From Acidobacteriota bacterium (GTDB lineage Bacteria > Acidobacteriota > UBA6911), in the NCBI GenBank assembly GCA_963664705.1, contig OY761556.1:704001-768000 (forward strand): 64,000 bases of DNA, written 5' to 3'. The position numbers and the translations under genes are program-made. Below are positions 50,501 to 58,197 of the stretch, one piece after another. The notes below the pieces were generated by a model. That model did no database searches and was not told the origin of the DNA. It was given only the letters and a program-made list of their open reading frames with translations. Within the stretch, counting starts at the first letter, position 1; each line of letters starts with the position of its first letter.

Positions 50501-51955
50501 ATGATGAAGACAACCATCCGGATATCCATACTGGCGCTGCTGACTGTGTTTTTCTATCTTGCCGGATCCTGGCGCAGCCAGAACCGAATCCAGAGCGAGG
50601 CATCAACGCAGAAAGCGCTTTATTACATGTGCCCGATGCATCCGACTTTCAGATCGGACAAGCCGGGAGTCGCTCCATGTTGTGGAATGGAGATGGAACC
50701 GGTGTATTCGGAGAATCACAAAGCCGGGACCGATTCGGGTCATGCCTCAGCAGCCGGCATTCATATCGAAGCAGACCGGCAGCAGTTGATGGGATTGCGC
50801 ACCGGAACTGTTCAACGAAGCTTCAATGCGCGATCGCTCAGAATTTTGGGCAGGGTAGCGGCGGATGAAACCAGGGTCTACAAAATCATAGCGCCGGACA
50901 GCGGGTGGATTCGCGAAATCTATCCCAATACGGTCGGCAGTTTCGTCAGGAGGGATCAGCCGCTCGCGGCATTTTATGCCACTCCTGCGCTCCAGGGCGC
51001 TCTCCTGACATACGTCAATACGCTGAACCTGGTTTCGCAGAATCCCGCCAGCAATGGTGAACTTCCGGGGCAGGCTGTTCCAGCCGAGACGCGTATCCAG
51101 GCGGCTGCGGATGCCCTGCGCAATCTTGGGGTGAGCGATTTTCAGATTGCTGAACTTACGCGCACGCGCAAGCCGATGAAAAATATCCTTGTTTGCTCGC
51201 CGGAATCCGGATTTGTCACGATCAGAAACGTATCCTTGGGACAGCGCTTTGTTGCCGGGGAAGAACTGTACCGTATCGTTAATTTGAGCAGAGTATGGGT
51301 TCTGGCAGACCTTTTTGAGAATGAGGCGGGCTTTTTGCGTCCTGGTTTGTCTGCGGAGATTCGCTATCCCGCTCTTGGCCGAACCCTCGCAGCCAAGGTC
51401 AGCGAAGTCTTGCCTCAATTTGATTCAGCAAGCCGCACACTCAAGGTAAGGCTGGAAACGGACAATCCGGAATTTTTTCTCCGCCCGGATATGTTTGTAG
51501 ATGTCCAATTATCCATCCCGTCCTCCAACGCCTTGACCATTCCCGCCGAAGCGCTATTGGATACCGGGCTGCGAAAAATGGTTTTTGTCGATTGCGGCAA
51601 CGGGGCGTTTGAAGCGCGCGAGATACAGGTCGGATGGCGATCCAATGGAAGTGTAGAAGTCAAGGCAGGGCTGGAAGAGGGAGAGAAGATTGTTGTCTCG
51701 GGAAACTTCCTGCTCGATTCGGAGAGCCGTATGCGGCAGGTGAGTGTCGAATCCCCATCCAAGACGCTACCAGTTGCGGACGGGCATACCGGAAGGAGAA
51801 TGGTGGACCCCGTTTGCGGAATGACCGTTGAGGTCAATGCCACTACTTTGCGGAGTGTGCACCTGGGGCATACCTATTATTTTTGCCTGGAGAACTGCAA
51901 ACGCCGCTTTGAGAGTAATCCATCCCGCTATCTGGCAGGCAAAACGGTTTCGTGA
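50501..51955 (+). CDS. CusB-like heavy-metal RND efflux periplasmic adaptor with N-terminal metal-binding domain and C-terminal YHS domain
   Basis: YMCPMHP...CGMEM, LRPDMF, GNFLLDSES, DPVCGM...YYFC...C. Confidence 0.9.
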   Translation: MMKTTIRISILALLTVFFYLAGSWRSQNRIQSEASTQKALYYMCPMHPTFRSDKPGVAPCCGMEMEPVYSENHKAGTDSGHASAAGIHIEADRQQLMGLRTGTVQRSFNARSLRILGRVAADETRVYKIIAPDSGWIREIYPNTVGSFVRRDQPLAAFYATPALQGALLTYVNTLNLVSQNPASNGELPGQAVPAETRIQAAADALRNLGVSDFQIAELTRTRKPMKNILVCSPESGFVTIRNVSLGQRFVAGEELYRIVNLSRVWVLADLFENEAGFLRPGLSAEIRYPALGRTLAAKVSEVLPQFDSASRTLKVRLETDNPEFFLRPDMFVDVQLSIPSSNALTIPAEALLDTGLRKMVFVDCGNGAFEAREIQVGWRSNGSVEVKAGLEEGEKIVVSGNFLLDSESRMRQVSVESPSKTLPVADGHTGRRMVDPVCGMTVEVNATTLRSVHLGHTYYFCLENCKRRFESNPSRYLAGKTVS

Positions 51956-51976
51956 AGTATAAGGGCGGATAAAGTC

Positions 51977-52525
51977 CTAGGCAGCCGCCTGGACGATGGT
52001 GCCCGTTTCCAGCGTTGCGCTCTGTTGTATCGAGATATTGGCGGACAAACCGCTGAGCGTTTTCAGATCGCCAAGCTTCTCGAGTTTATTCTGAGCTCCA
52101 TCCAGATTGCCGGATTGCATTTTTGAAGAAGCCTGTTCGAGGGTCTGCAGCGCCTTGTGAATATCCTGCAATTCCTGCTGGCTCAAATCCCCTTCAACCG
52201 AGACCGAGTATTTTTGCGTGGAGGAAGTGCTCGTTGTGTTTGTGCTGGTGGATGGGTCCTGGCGATGCATTCGTGCATGGCCGCCGTTTCTATGATGATG
52301 CGATCCATGGGAGCGACCTGCTTGATCATAGGAGGCGTAAGACTCGGAGGAGGCTTCGAATTGAAGCGTAGATGAAAGCGTTACTTTGTCTCCTTCGGCG
52401 GTGGTGATCTCTATTTCCGCAGTCTGGGTGCTCGTTATGGAGGCTTTTCGATATTGCATTGCCTCACCGCCCGCAGACGGATTAGTGGTCGCGATGCTCT
52501 GTTGTCCCAACGCTGAAATACTCAT
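51977..52525 (-). CDS. Hypothetical Ser/Thr-rich protein
   Basis: GGAGG SD; ITTAEGDKVTLS and VEGDLSQQELQDI segments; low-complexity His/Thr linker. Confidence 0.65.
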   Translation of the reverse strand: MSISALGQQSIATTNPSAGGEAMQYRKASITSTQTAEIEITTAEGDKVTLSSTLQFEASSESYASYDQAGRSHGSHHHRNGGHARMHRQDPSTSTNTTSTSSTQKYSVSVEGDLSQQELQDIHKALQTLEQASSKMQSGNLDGAQNKLEKLGDLKTLSGLSANISIQQSATLETGTIVQAAA

Positions 52526-52782
52526 ACGATGCCTCCGCCCGATAATGCACGAGAGATCATTCCCGACCTGCTCCGTGAATCATCGGCTTTGTATGATCTA
52601 CTGATCGACAGAACACGGTTCTTACTTAACGAGGATTTTTTTGACAGCAAAACCCGATCGTTCCACAACGAGTCATGCAGGCCGGTCCTATGCCGGGGAA
52701 ATGAGTTTTCAGAACTGCAATTGCCGTTTGTGCGGAGCAGGCCGCATGCTATCTTTTCTCCTTCCAGGAAAGGGGAGAGCGC

Positions 52783-52941
52783 ATGAAAAAATATTCCTGC
52801 CCTTGTGGCTATATTTATGATCCGGTAGCGGGAGATCCTGATTCGGGCATCATGCCCGGCACTCCATTCGAAGAAATACCCAATGAATGGCGCTGTCCGA
52901 CGTGCGGCGTGAGCAAGGATATCTTCTCGCCGATGGATTAG
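52783..52941 (+). CDS. Rubredoxin (52 aa; absent from the ORF track)
   Basis: Hand translation [52 protein letters not shown]; GGGGAG SD. Confidence 0.93.
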   Translation: MKKYSCPCGYIYDPVAGDPDSGIMPGTPFEEIPNEWRCPTCGVSKDIFSPMD

Positions 52942-53122
52942 CGCTGTCTGCATTGCCGCTTTTGGAAAAGATGCTTCTTTTTGATCTGGTCTCGCGCAAC
53001 TGCAAGGGACGTTAATAACCTGCTGTGGGCAGGAGCCGCATCCCTGGTGCCGTCGCTCCCGCCCACTTTCCATGTCTTGTCTCGAAGAAGCCCTGATGCA
53101 GGCGAAATCCTGCATCAGAGGA

Positions 53123-53305
53123 TTACCACGAGGAGAACATCCTTTCTGGGCTGCAGAGATTCTCACGGCTTGCCGCGGATTTCCCGCATTCCGAACAAAC
53201 GTAGGAAGGGTTGTTCACCAGCCTCTTCAGTTCTTCCGAATCTGAATCAGGAGGGAAGTCACAGATCTTTCTTGTGGACTGATCCTCTGATCGCTTTTTT
53301 TCCAT
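53123..53305 (-). CDS. Small Cys-containing hypothetical protein (60 aa)
   Basis: GAGGTG SD; ELKRLVNNPSYVCSECGKSAASRENLCSP. Confidence 0.7.
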   Translation of the reverse strand: MEKKRSEDQSTRKICDFPPDSDSEELKRLVNNPSYVCSECGKSAASRENLCSPERMFSSW

Positions 53306-53544
53306 TGGCCACCTCATAGGTAGAAAAAACTTAACTAAAGGATAGAACCCTCTTGAATGTCTGTCAATGAAACGACATATCATAATGTCTGTAATAATTT
53401 GATAAATATAATGATAATATGTAGATAGTCTTATAAGCGGCTGGCATTGTCTGCCAGGAAAGGGAGGGGAAGAAGAAGCGTTGGCTGCGTGAGTTCCGCG
53501 GCATTTTCATTGCCCTTCGGGCAATTTGGTGTATATTTGGTGCT

Positions 53545-53664
53545 GTGTTCTTCGGGGCGAGGTGGAATTCCTCGACCGGCGGTGACAGCCCGCGAGCTTT
53601 GGTTAACGAAGCAGAACCTGTGCAATTCAGGTGCCGACGGCAACAGTCCGGATGGTAGAAGGAT
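53545..53664 (+). ncRNA. FMN riboswitch (RFN element)
   Basis: TTCGGGGC-GAGGTGGAATTCC-CGACCGGCGGT-AGCCCGCGAGC...GCCGACGG-AGTCCGGATGG-AGAAG conserved blocks, directly upstream of ribBA. Confidence 0.95.
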
Positions 53665-53692
53665 CGACGACTTAATAGGATAGTCCCTCCAT

Positions 53693-53720
53693 CGCCCCGT
53701 TATCCGTGCGGGGTTTTTTC
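53693..53720 (+). terminator. Intrinsic terminator of the riboswitch expression platform
   Basis: gccccg...cggggt followed by a T-tract. Confidence 0.8.
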
Positions 53721-53805
53721 ATGCCTGAACAATCCTGCACATTTTTGCAACCATTCTTTTGAGCTCGCGCCACAAGGCATAAGGGCCGGGATCTGCAACC
53801 AGCGG

Positions 53806-55047
53806 ATGATATCTATGAGTGAAGAAGATCTGAGATTTGACTCGATTCCAGAGGCGATTGAAGAGATCAGGCAAGGCAAATGCGTTATTGTGGTGGACGA
53901 TGAGGATCGCGAAAATGAAGGCGACCTGATCATGGCGGCGGAAACCACGACTCCCGAGATGGTCAATTTTTTTGCTATGCACGGACGCGGGCTGATCTGC
54001 GTTCCGATGACGGAGGAAAATCTCCAACGTCTCGATCTCGATCAGATGGTACCCAAGAACACGGCTCGCCTGGGAACGCGTTTCACGGTATCGGTGGATG
54101 CGTTTGAGGGCACCACGACCGGCATATCCGCGTTCGATCGTGCGCGGACGATTCAGGTGCTGGCGGATCCGAACAGCAAACCGGGAGACTTGGGACGCCC
54201 CGGGCATATATTCCCGCTGAAGGCTCTTAAGGGAGGAGTGCTTACAAGGGCTGGGCATACGGAAGCCTCGGTCGACCTGGCGCGCCTGGCTGGATTGAGG
54301 CCGGCGGGCGTTCTATGCGAAATCATGGATGATGATGGCTCCATGGCCAGAGTCCCGCGTCTCATGCGGATGGCGAAGCAATTCAACCTCAAATTCGTAA
54401 CGGTACGATCGCTGATTGAATACCGAAGACGCACGGAAAAGCTCATCCAAAAGATCACCACCGTGCAATTGCCCACGCAGTACGGTGACTTCAAGCTGCA
54501 TCTCTATCAGTCCGAAGTCGACGACCACCATCACCTCGCCCTGGTGCGCGGAGATGTGGCTGCAAAGGAAAACGTCATGGTTCGGGTCCACTCCAGCTGT
54601 TTGACCGGAGATGTGCTTGGTTCGCTTCGCTGCGATTGCGGCTCTCAGCTTCATGAAGCCATGAAGCGGATAGCCCAGGAAGGACTCGGCGTTGTGGTGT
54701 ATATGCGGCAGGAAGGGCGCGGAATCGGGCTAGCCAATAAGCTTCTTGCTTACAAGCTGCAGGATGAAGGGATGGATACGGTTGAGGCCAACAATGAGCT
54801 CGGCTTCGAAGCGGATTTGCGTGATTACGGCGTCGGGGCGCAAATCCTGGCGGACCTCGGGCTGACGTCGATTCGCCTTCTGACCAATAATCCCCGCAAA
54901 GTTGTAGGCCTGAGCGGATACGGACTGGTAATTACGCAACGCCTGCCGATAGAAGTTCCTGCCTCTGAGCATGCAGTCCGTTATCTCGAAACCAAACGCG
55001 ATAAACTGGGGCATCTCCTCAACCTGAATCCCATCCAGGAGCAATAA
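53806..55047 (+). CDS. ribBA: Bifunctional DHBP synthase / GTP cyclohydrolase II
   Basis: [40 protein letters not shown] motifs. Confidence 0.97.
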   Translation: MISMSEEDLRFDSIPEAIEEIRQGKCVIVVDDEDRENEGDLIMAAETTTPEMVNFFAMHGRGLICVPMTEENLQRLDLDQMVPKNTARLGTRFTVSVDAFEGTTTGISAFDRARTIQVLADPNSKPGDLGRPGHIFPLKALKGGVLTRAGHTEASVDLARLAGLRPAGVLCEIMDDDGSMARVPRLMRMAKQFNLKFVTVRSLIEYRRRTEKLIQKITTVQLPTQYGDFKLHLYQSEVDDHHHLALVRGDVAAKENVMVRVHSSCLTGDVLGSLRCDCGSQLHEAMKRIAQEGLGVVVYMRQEGRGIGLANKLLAYKLQDEGMDTVEANNELGFEADLRDYGVGAQILADLGLTSIRLLTNNPRKVVGLSGYGLVITQRLPIEVPASEHAVRYLETKRDKLGHLLNLNPIQEQ

Positions 55048-55072
55048 CAAAACCGCAGAACATTCGGTACAC

Positions 55073-55104
55073 AAGGCCTGAAACGATGGTTTCAGGCCTT
55101 TTGT
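55073..55104 (+). terminator. Intrinsic terminator after ribBA
   Basis: aaggcctgaaac-gatg-gtttcaggcctt followed by ttgt. Confidence 0.8.
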
Positions 55105-55112
55105 ATTTGGCA

Positions 55113-55148
55113 TTGACACGTGAAAAGCTAGATGCTAATTATTTGCAT
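55113..55148 (+). promoter_or_regulatory. Promoter (-35 TTGACA) overlapped by a Fur/Per-type dyad ATGCTAAT-T-ATTTGCAT
   Basis: TTGACA at 55113; near-palindrome at 55132-55148 immediately before the Fur-family gene. Confidence 0.6.
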
Positions 55149-55718
55149 GTGAGAAATATTTCCAACAACGGAATACCGGACGATCAGGAGGTGCGGAGCT
55201 ACTTCCTGGAGCAATGTCGGTCCCGTGGTATTCGGGTTACCACCCAGCGCCTGGCGGTTTTTCAAGCGCTGGCACAGACCGCCGATCACCCGACCGCGGA
55301 TTCCTTATATGCGCGGCTGCGAAAATCGATGCCGGCGCTGTCCCTCTCCACCGTATACCGAATTCTGGAATCTTTGGAAGGCGAGGGATTGATCCGTCGC
55401 GTGATTTCTACCAATGGCATTGTCCGATATGACGGCAACCATCGCCCGCATCAACACCTTGTATGTCGCGTTTGCGGACGCATAATTGATATTACGGATG
55501 CATCCCTGTCGGAACTGCAGATGCCCCGAGTCGATCTTGCGGGATTTGTGGCGGAAGAGCTTGAAATAAGAATTGTCGGAACGTGCACAGACTGCCTTTC
55601 GGCGCTGAAGTCACTGAGTCAAACAGGTCGTCAAAAAGGAAAACTTCCGGGAGGTAATCGATCTCCCGCAAAAAGGAGAAAAGGGAATGGCCGAATTGAA
55701 AGGTTCGAAAACACATGA
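55149..55718 (+). CDS. Fur family regulator, probably PerR
   Basis: RVTTQR, DHPTA, STVYR, HQHLVCRVCG, CTDC; precedes rubrerythrin; the track start at 55086 lies inside a terminator, so in-frame GTG 55149 was used. Confidence 0.85.
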   Translation: MRNISNNGIPDDQEVRSYFLEQCRSRGIRVTTQRLAVFQALAQTADHPTADSLYARLRKSMPALSLSTVYRILESLEGEGLIRRVISTNGIVRYDGNHRPHQHLVCRVCGRIIDITDASLSELQMPRVDLAGFVAEELEIRIVGTCTDCLSALKSLSQTGRQKGKLPGGNRSPAKRRKGNGRIERFENT

Positions 55719-56106
55719 AAATCTCAAAGCCGCATTTGCCGGTGAATCCCAGGCAAATCGCAGATATCTATATTTTGCCAAAATAGCGGATGTGGAAGGT
55801 TATCCTGAGATCGCCGGCAACTTCCGTGAAACTGCGGAAGGGGAAACCGGCCATGCACATGGTCACCTGGATTATCTGAAGAAGGTGGGCGATCCTGCAA
55901 CGGACCTGCCCTTTGGTGATACAGTGGATAACCTCAAATCGGCGGTGGCCGGAGAGACGCATGAATACACCGACATGTATCCGGGGATGGCCAAAGCGGC
56001 AAGGCAGGAAGGGTTTGCTGAAATTGCGGACTGGTTTGAAACGCTGGCCAAAGCGGAGAAGTCGCATGCCGGGCGATTTGCGCAGATGCTGAAATCCATC
56101 AGCTAG
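55687..56106 (+). CDS. rbr: Rubrerythrin, short form without rubredoxin domain
   Basis: AFAGESQANRRY, ETGHA, GETHEYTDMY, AEKSH diiron motifs; 139 aa. Confidence 0.93.
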   Translation: MAELKGSKTHENLKAAFAGESQANRRYLYFAKIADVEGYPEIAGNFRETAEGETGHAHGHLDYLKKVGDPATDLPFGDTVDNLKSAVAGETHEYTDMYPGMAKAARQEGFAEIADWFETLAKAEKSHAGRFAQMLKSIS

Positions 56107-56120
56107 TAAAAATCAGATGA

Positions 56121-56154
56121 TTTGATCCGGGGGGGGATGCCCCCCTGGATCAAA
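56121..56154. terminator. GC-rich hairpin after rubrerythrin
   Basis: tttgatcc-G-run / C-run-ggatcaaa inverted repeat. Confidence 0.55.
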
Positions 56155-56216
56155 CATACTCTTGTTCGGCTCCGTGGGATTCCCGGCGGTGCCGGCAAAT
56201 TCGGGATATTCGCGCC

Positions 56217-57557
56217 ATGAACGATACAGAGAAAACCATTTCCTATCAGCCTACCGAGGGTCTGTCCTACGATCCCGCCGAGGATAGATACTGGAACCAG
56301 GGACTTCTTGACAAAGAGATACAGCGGATTTTCGAGATTTGTCACGGATGCCGCCTCTGCTTCAAATACTGCGATACTTTTCCGAATCTGTTTTCCCTGT
56401 TGGATCAGAAGCATGACGGTAACGTACGGAAAATATCGGCGGATGAGACAGGGCAGATTCTGGATACCTGTTTCCAGTGCAAGCTCTGCGAAGTGAATTG
56501 TCCTTATACGCCGCGGGATCATCACGCCTATATGCTTGATTTCCCCAAGATGGTGAGCCGCTTCCGCGCGATCAGGGTCCAGCAGCACGGTATGTCGCTG
56601 AAAGACCGGTTTCTCGCCGACCCTGATACAAGCGCAAAGCTGGCAAGAGCCAGCCTGGGCCTGGCAAATATTGCGAATCGGATGCGGCCCCACCGGATCT
56701 TCATGGAGAAAGCGCTGGGAATTCACCGGGACAAGCTTCTTCCGGATTTTGCGAGCCAGACCTTCGAGAACTGGGCTGAGAAGACGGGACGAGTTGTGAT
56801 CTCTCCCGGTTGCGAGGCGGTGCTTTTCCAGACATGCTTCGTCCAAAATAACGACCCGGAACTCGGAAAAGATACGATTTCGGTTTTCGAAAAAAATCAG
56901 GTAGATATCAAATGCGTGAAAGGCCTGTGCTGCTGTGGAATGCCGGCCTGGGAAAAAGGGGATTTGAAATCGCTGCGGGCGCAGGCAAAGCAGAATCTCG
57001 AGATTCTGTTTCCCTTTGTCGAGAAAGGCGCCAAGGTAATAGTCATCAACCCGACCTGTTCGATGATGTTCCGACGTGAATACCTGGAACTTGTGTCGCC
57101 GGAAGACAGGGAGATGGCCGGAAAGGTCGCGCAGGCAACCATGGATCCCAGCGAGTTTTTATGGAGCATCCGTGAAGAATCTCGATTCTGCGCGGATTTC
57201 AAGAGCACTCCGGAAGGCCCCGTGGCCTATCATGCTCCATGCCATCTTCGAGCGCAGGCCATCGGTTTCCGCGGCCGGGACCTGCTGCGCAAAATCCCGG
57301 GAGTGAAACCCGTTCTGGTTCAGGAATGCTGCGGCCACAACGGAACATTTGCGATGACGGTGGAGGGGTTTGAACCTTCCAGCCGGATTGGCAAAAAGGC
57401 GTTTGATGCCATGCGCGAGGCGAACGCGGCTCTCTGGTCGACCGACTGTCCATTGGCGTCCATTCAGTTCCAACAGCATGCAGGTGTCAAACCGATGCAC
57501 CCGATGTCGATTCTGGCAAAGGCCTATCGCCAGGACGGCTTTGACAAAAAACTGTAA
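56217..57557 (+). CDS. Rubrerythrin-associated Fe-S oxidoreductase (GlpC/HdrD-like, CCG domains)
   Basis: CHGCRLCFKYC, CFQCKLCEVNCP, two CCG motifs, YHAPCH. Confidence 0.9.
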   Translation: MNDTEKTISYQPTEGLSYDPAEDRYWNQGLLDKEIQRIFEICHGCRLCFKYCDTFPNLFSLLDQKHDGNVRKISADETGQILDTCFQCKLCEVNCPYTPRDHHAYMLDFPKMVSRFRAIRVQQHGMSLKDRFLADPDTSAKLARASLGLANIANRMRPHRIFMEKALGIHRDKLLPDFASQTFENWAEKTGRVVISPGCEAVLFQTCFVQNNDPELGKDTISVFEKNQVDIKCVKGLCCCGMPAWEKGDLKSLRAQAKQNLEILFPFVEKGAKVIVINPTCSMMFRREYLELVSPEDREMAGKVAQATMDPSEFLWSIREESRFCADFKSTPEGPVAYHAPCHLRAQAIGFRGRDLLRKIPGVKPVLVQECCGHNGTFAMTVEGFEPSSRIGKKAFDAMREANAALWSTDCPLASIQFQQHAGVKPMHPMSILAKAYRQDGFDKKL

Positions 57558-57578
57558 CGATAAAGGGTTTGCCACAAT

Positions 57579-58136
57579 ATGAGAGCCGTGAACAGAAGTG
57601 AAATCCTCGATTATGTCAGTTACGAGGAGAATCGGGCCGACATCCAAAAAAAGGTATTTCCAGCCAAAGCCCGCAGGCGGATACACCTGGGGGAGCACTT
57701 TACCTTTCTTTTTGAGAATGCTTTGACCATCCGTTACCAGATCCAGGAGATGATGCGGGCCGAAAAGATTGTACGGGAGAAGGATATTCAGCACGAACTG
57801 GACACCTACAACGATGTTTTGGGTGGCGACGGCGAGATCGGATGTTGTCTGATGATCGAAGTCGAAGATCCGCAGCAAAGAAATCTGAAGCTCCGGGAGT
57901 GGCTGGATCTGCCAAAGCATCTGTTCGCTGAACTGCCGGATGGAACGAAGGCATATGCCCGTTTCGATCCCGCGCAGGTCGGTGTCGATCGCCTTTCCTC
58001 GGTTCAATATCTGAAGTTTCCGGTTGGCGGGAAAGCACCGGTTGCTCTTGGTAGCGACTTGCCGGGATGCGAAACCAGGGGAGTGTTGACCGAGGATCAG
58101 AGAATCGCACTTCAGGAAGATCTTTTGGAAAAGTAA
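57579..58136 (+). CDS. DUF3501 family protein
   Basis: FLFEN..TIRYQIQEMMRAE and LSSVQYLKF motifs; usual position after rbr-RFO. Confidence 0.9.
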   Translation: MRAVNRSEILDYVSYEENRADIQKKVFPAKARRRIHLGEHFTFLFENALTIRYQIQEMMRAEKIVREKDIQHELDTYNDVLGGDGEIGCCLMIEVEDPQQRNLKLREWLDLPKHLFAELPDGTKAYARFDPAQVGVDRLSSVQYLKFPVGGKAPVALGSDLPGCETRGVLTEDQRIALQEDLLEK

Positions 58137-58141
58137 GCTTC

Positions 58142-58185
58142 TCTGTGAAATTCGTGGCAGTGTTTCCCGCCACGAATTTCACAGA
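58142..58185. terminator. 17-bp stem hairpin between convergent operons
   Basis: tctgtgaaattcgtggc ... gccacgaatttcacaga. Confidence 0.75.
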
Positions 58186-58197
58186 TTCAATGAAAGA

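Noticed and set aside
52529-52786. 85-aa ORF upstream of rubredoxin
   Set aside because: It occupies a divergent promoter region, with no SD or motif
55086-55148. ORF-track N-terminus of the Fur-family gene
   Set aside because: It starts inside the ribBA terminator and runs through the promoter
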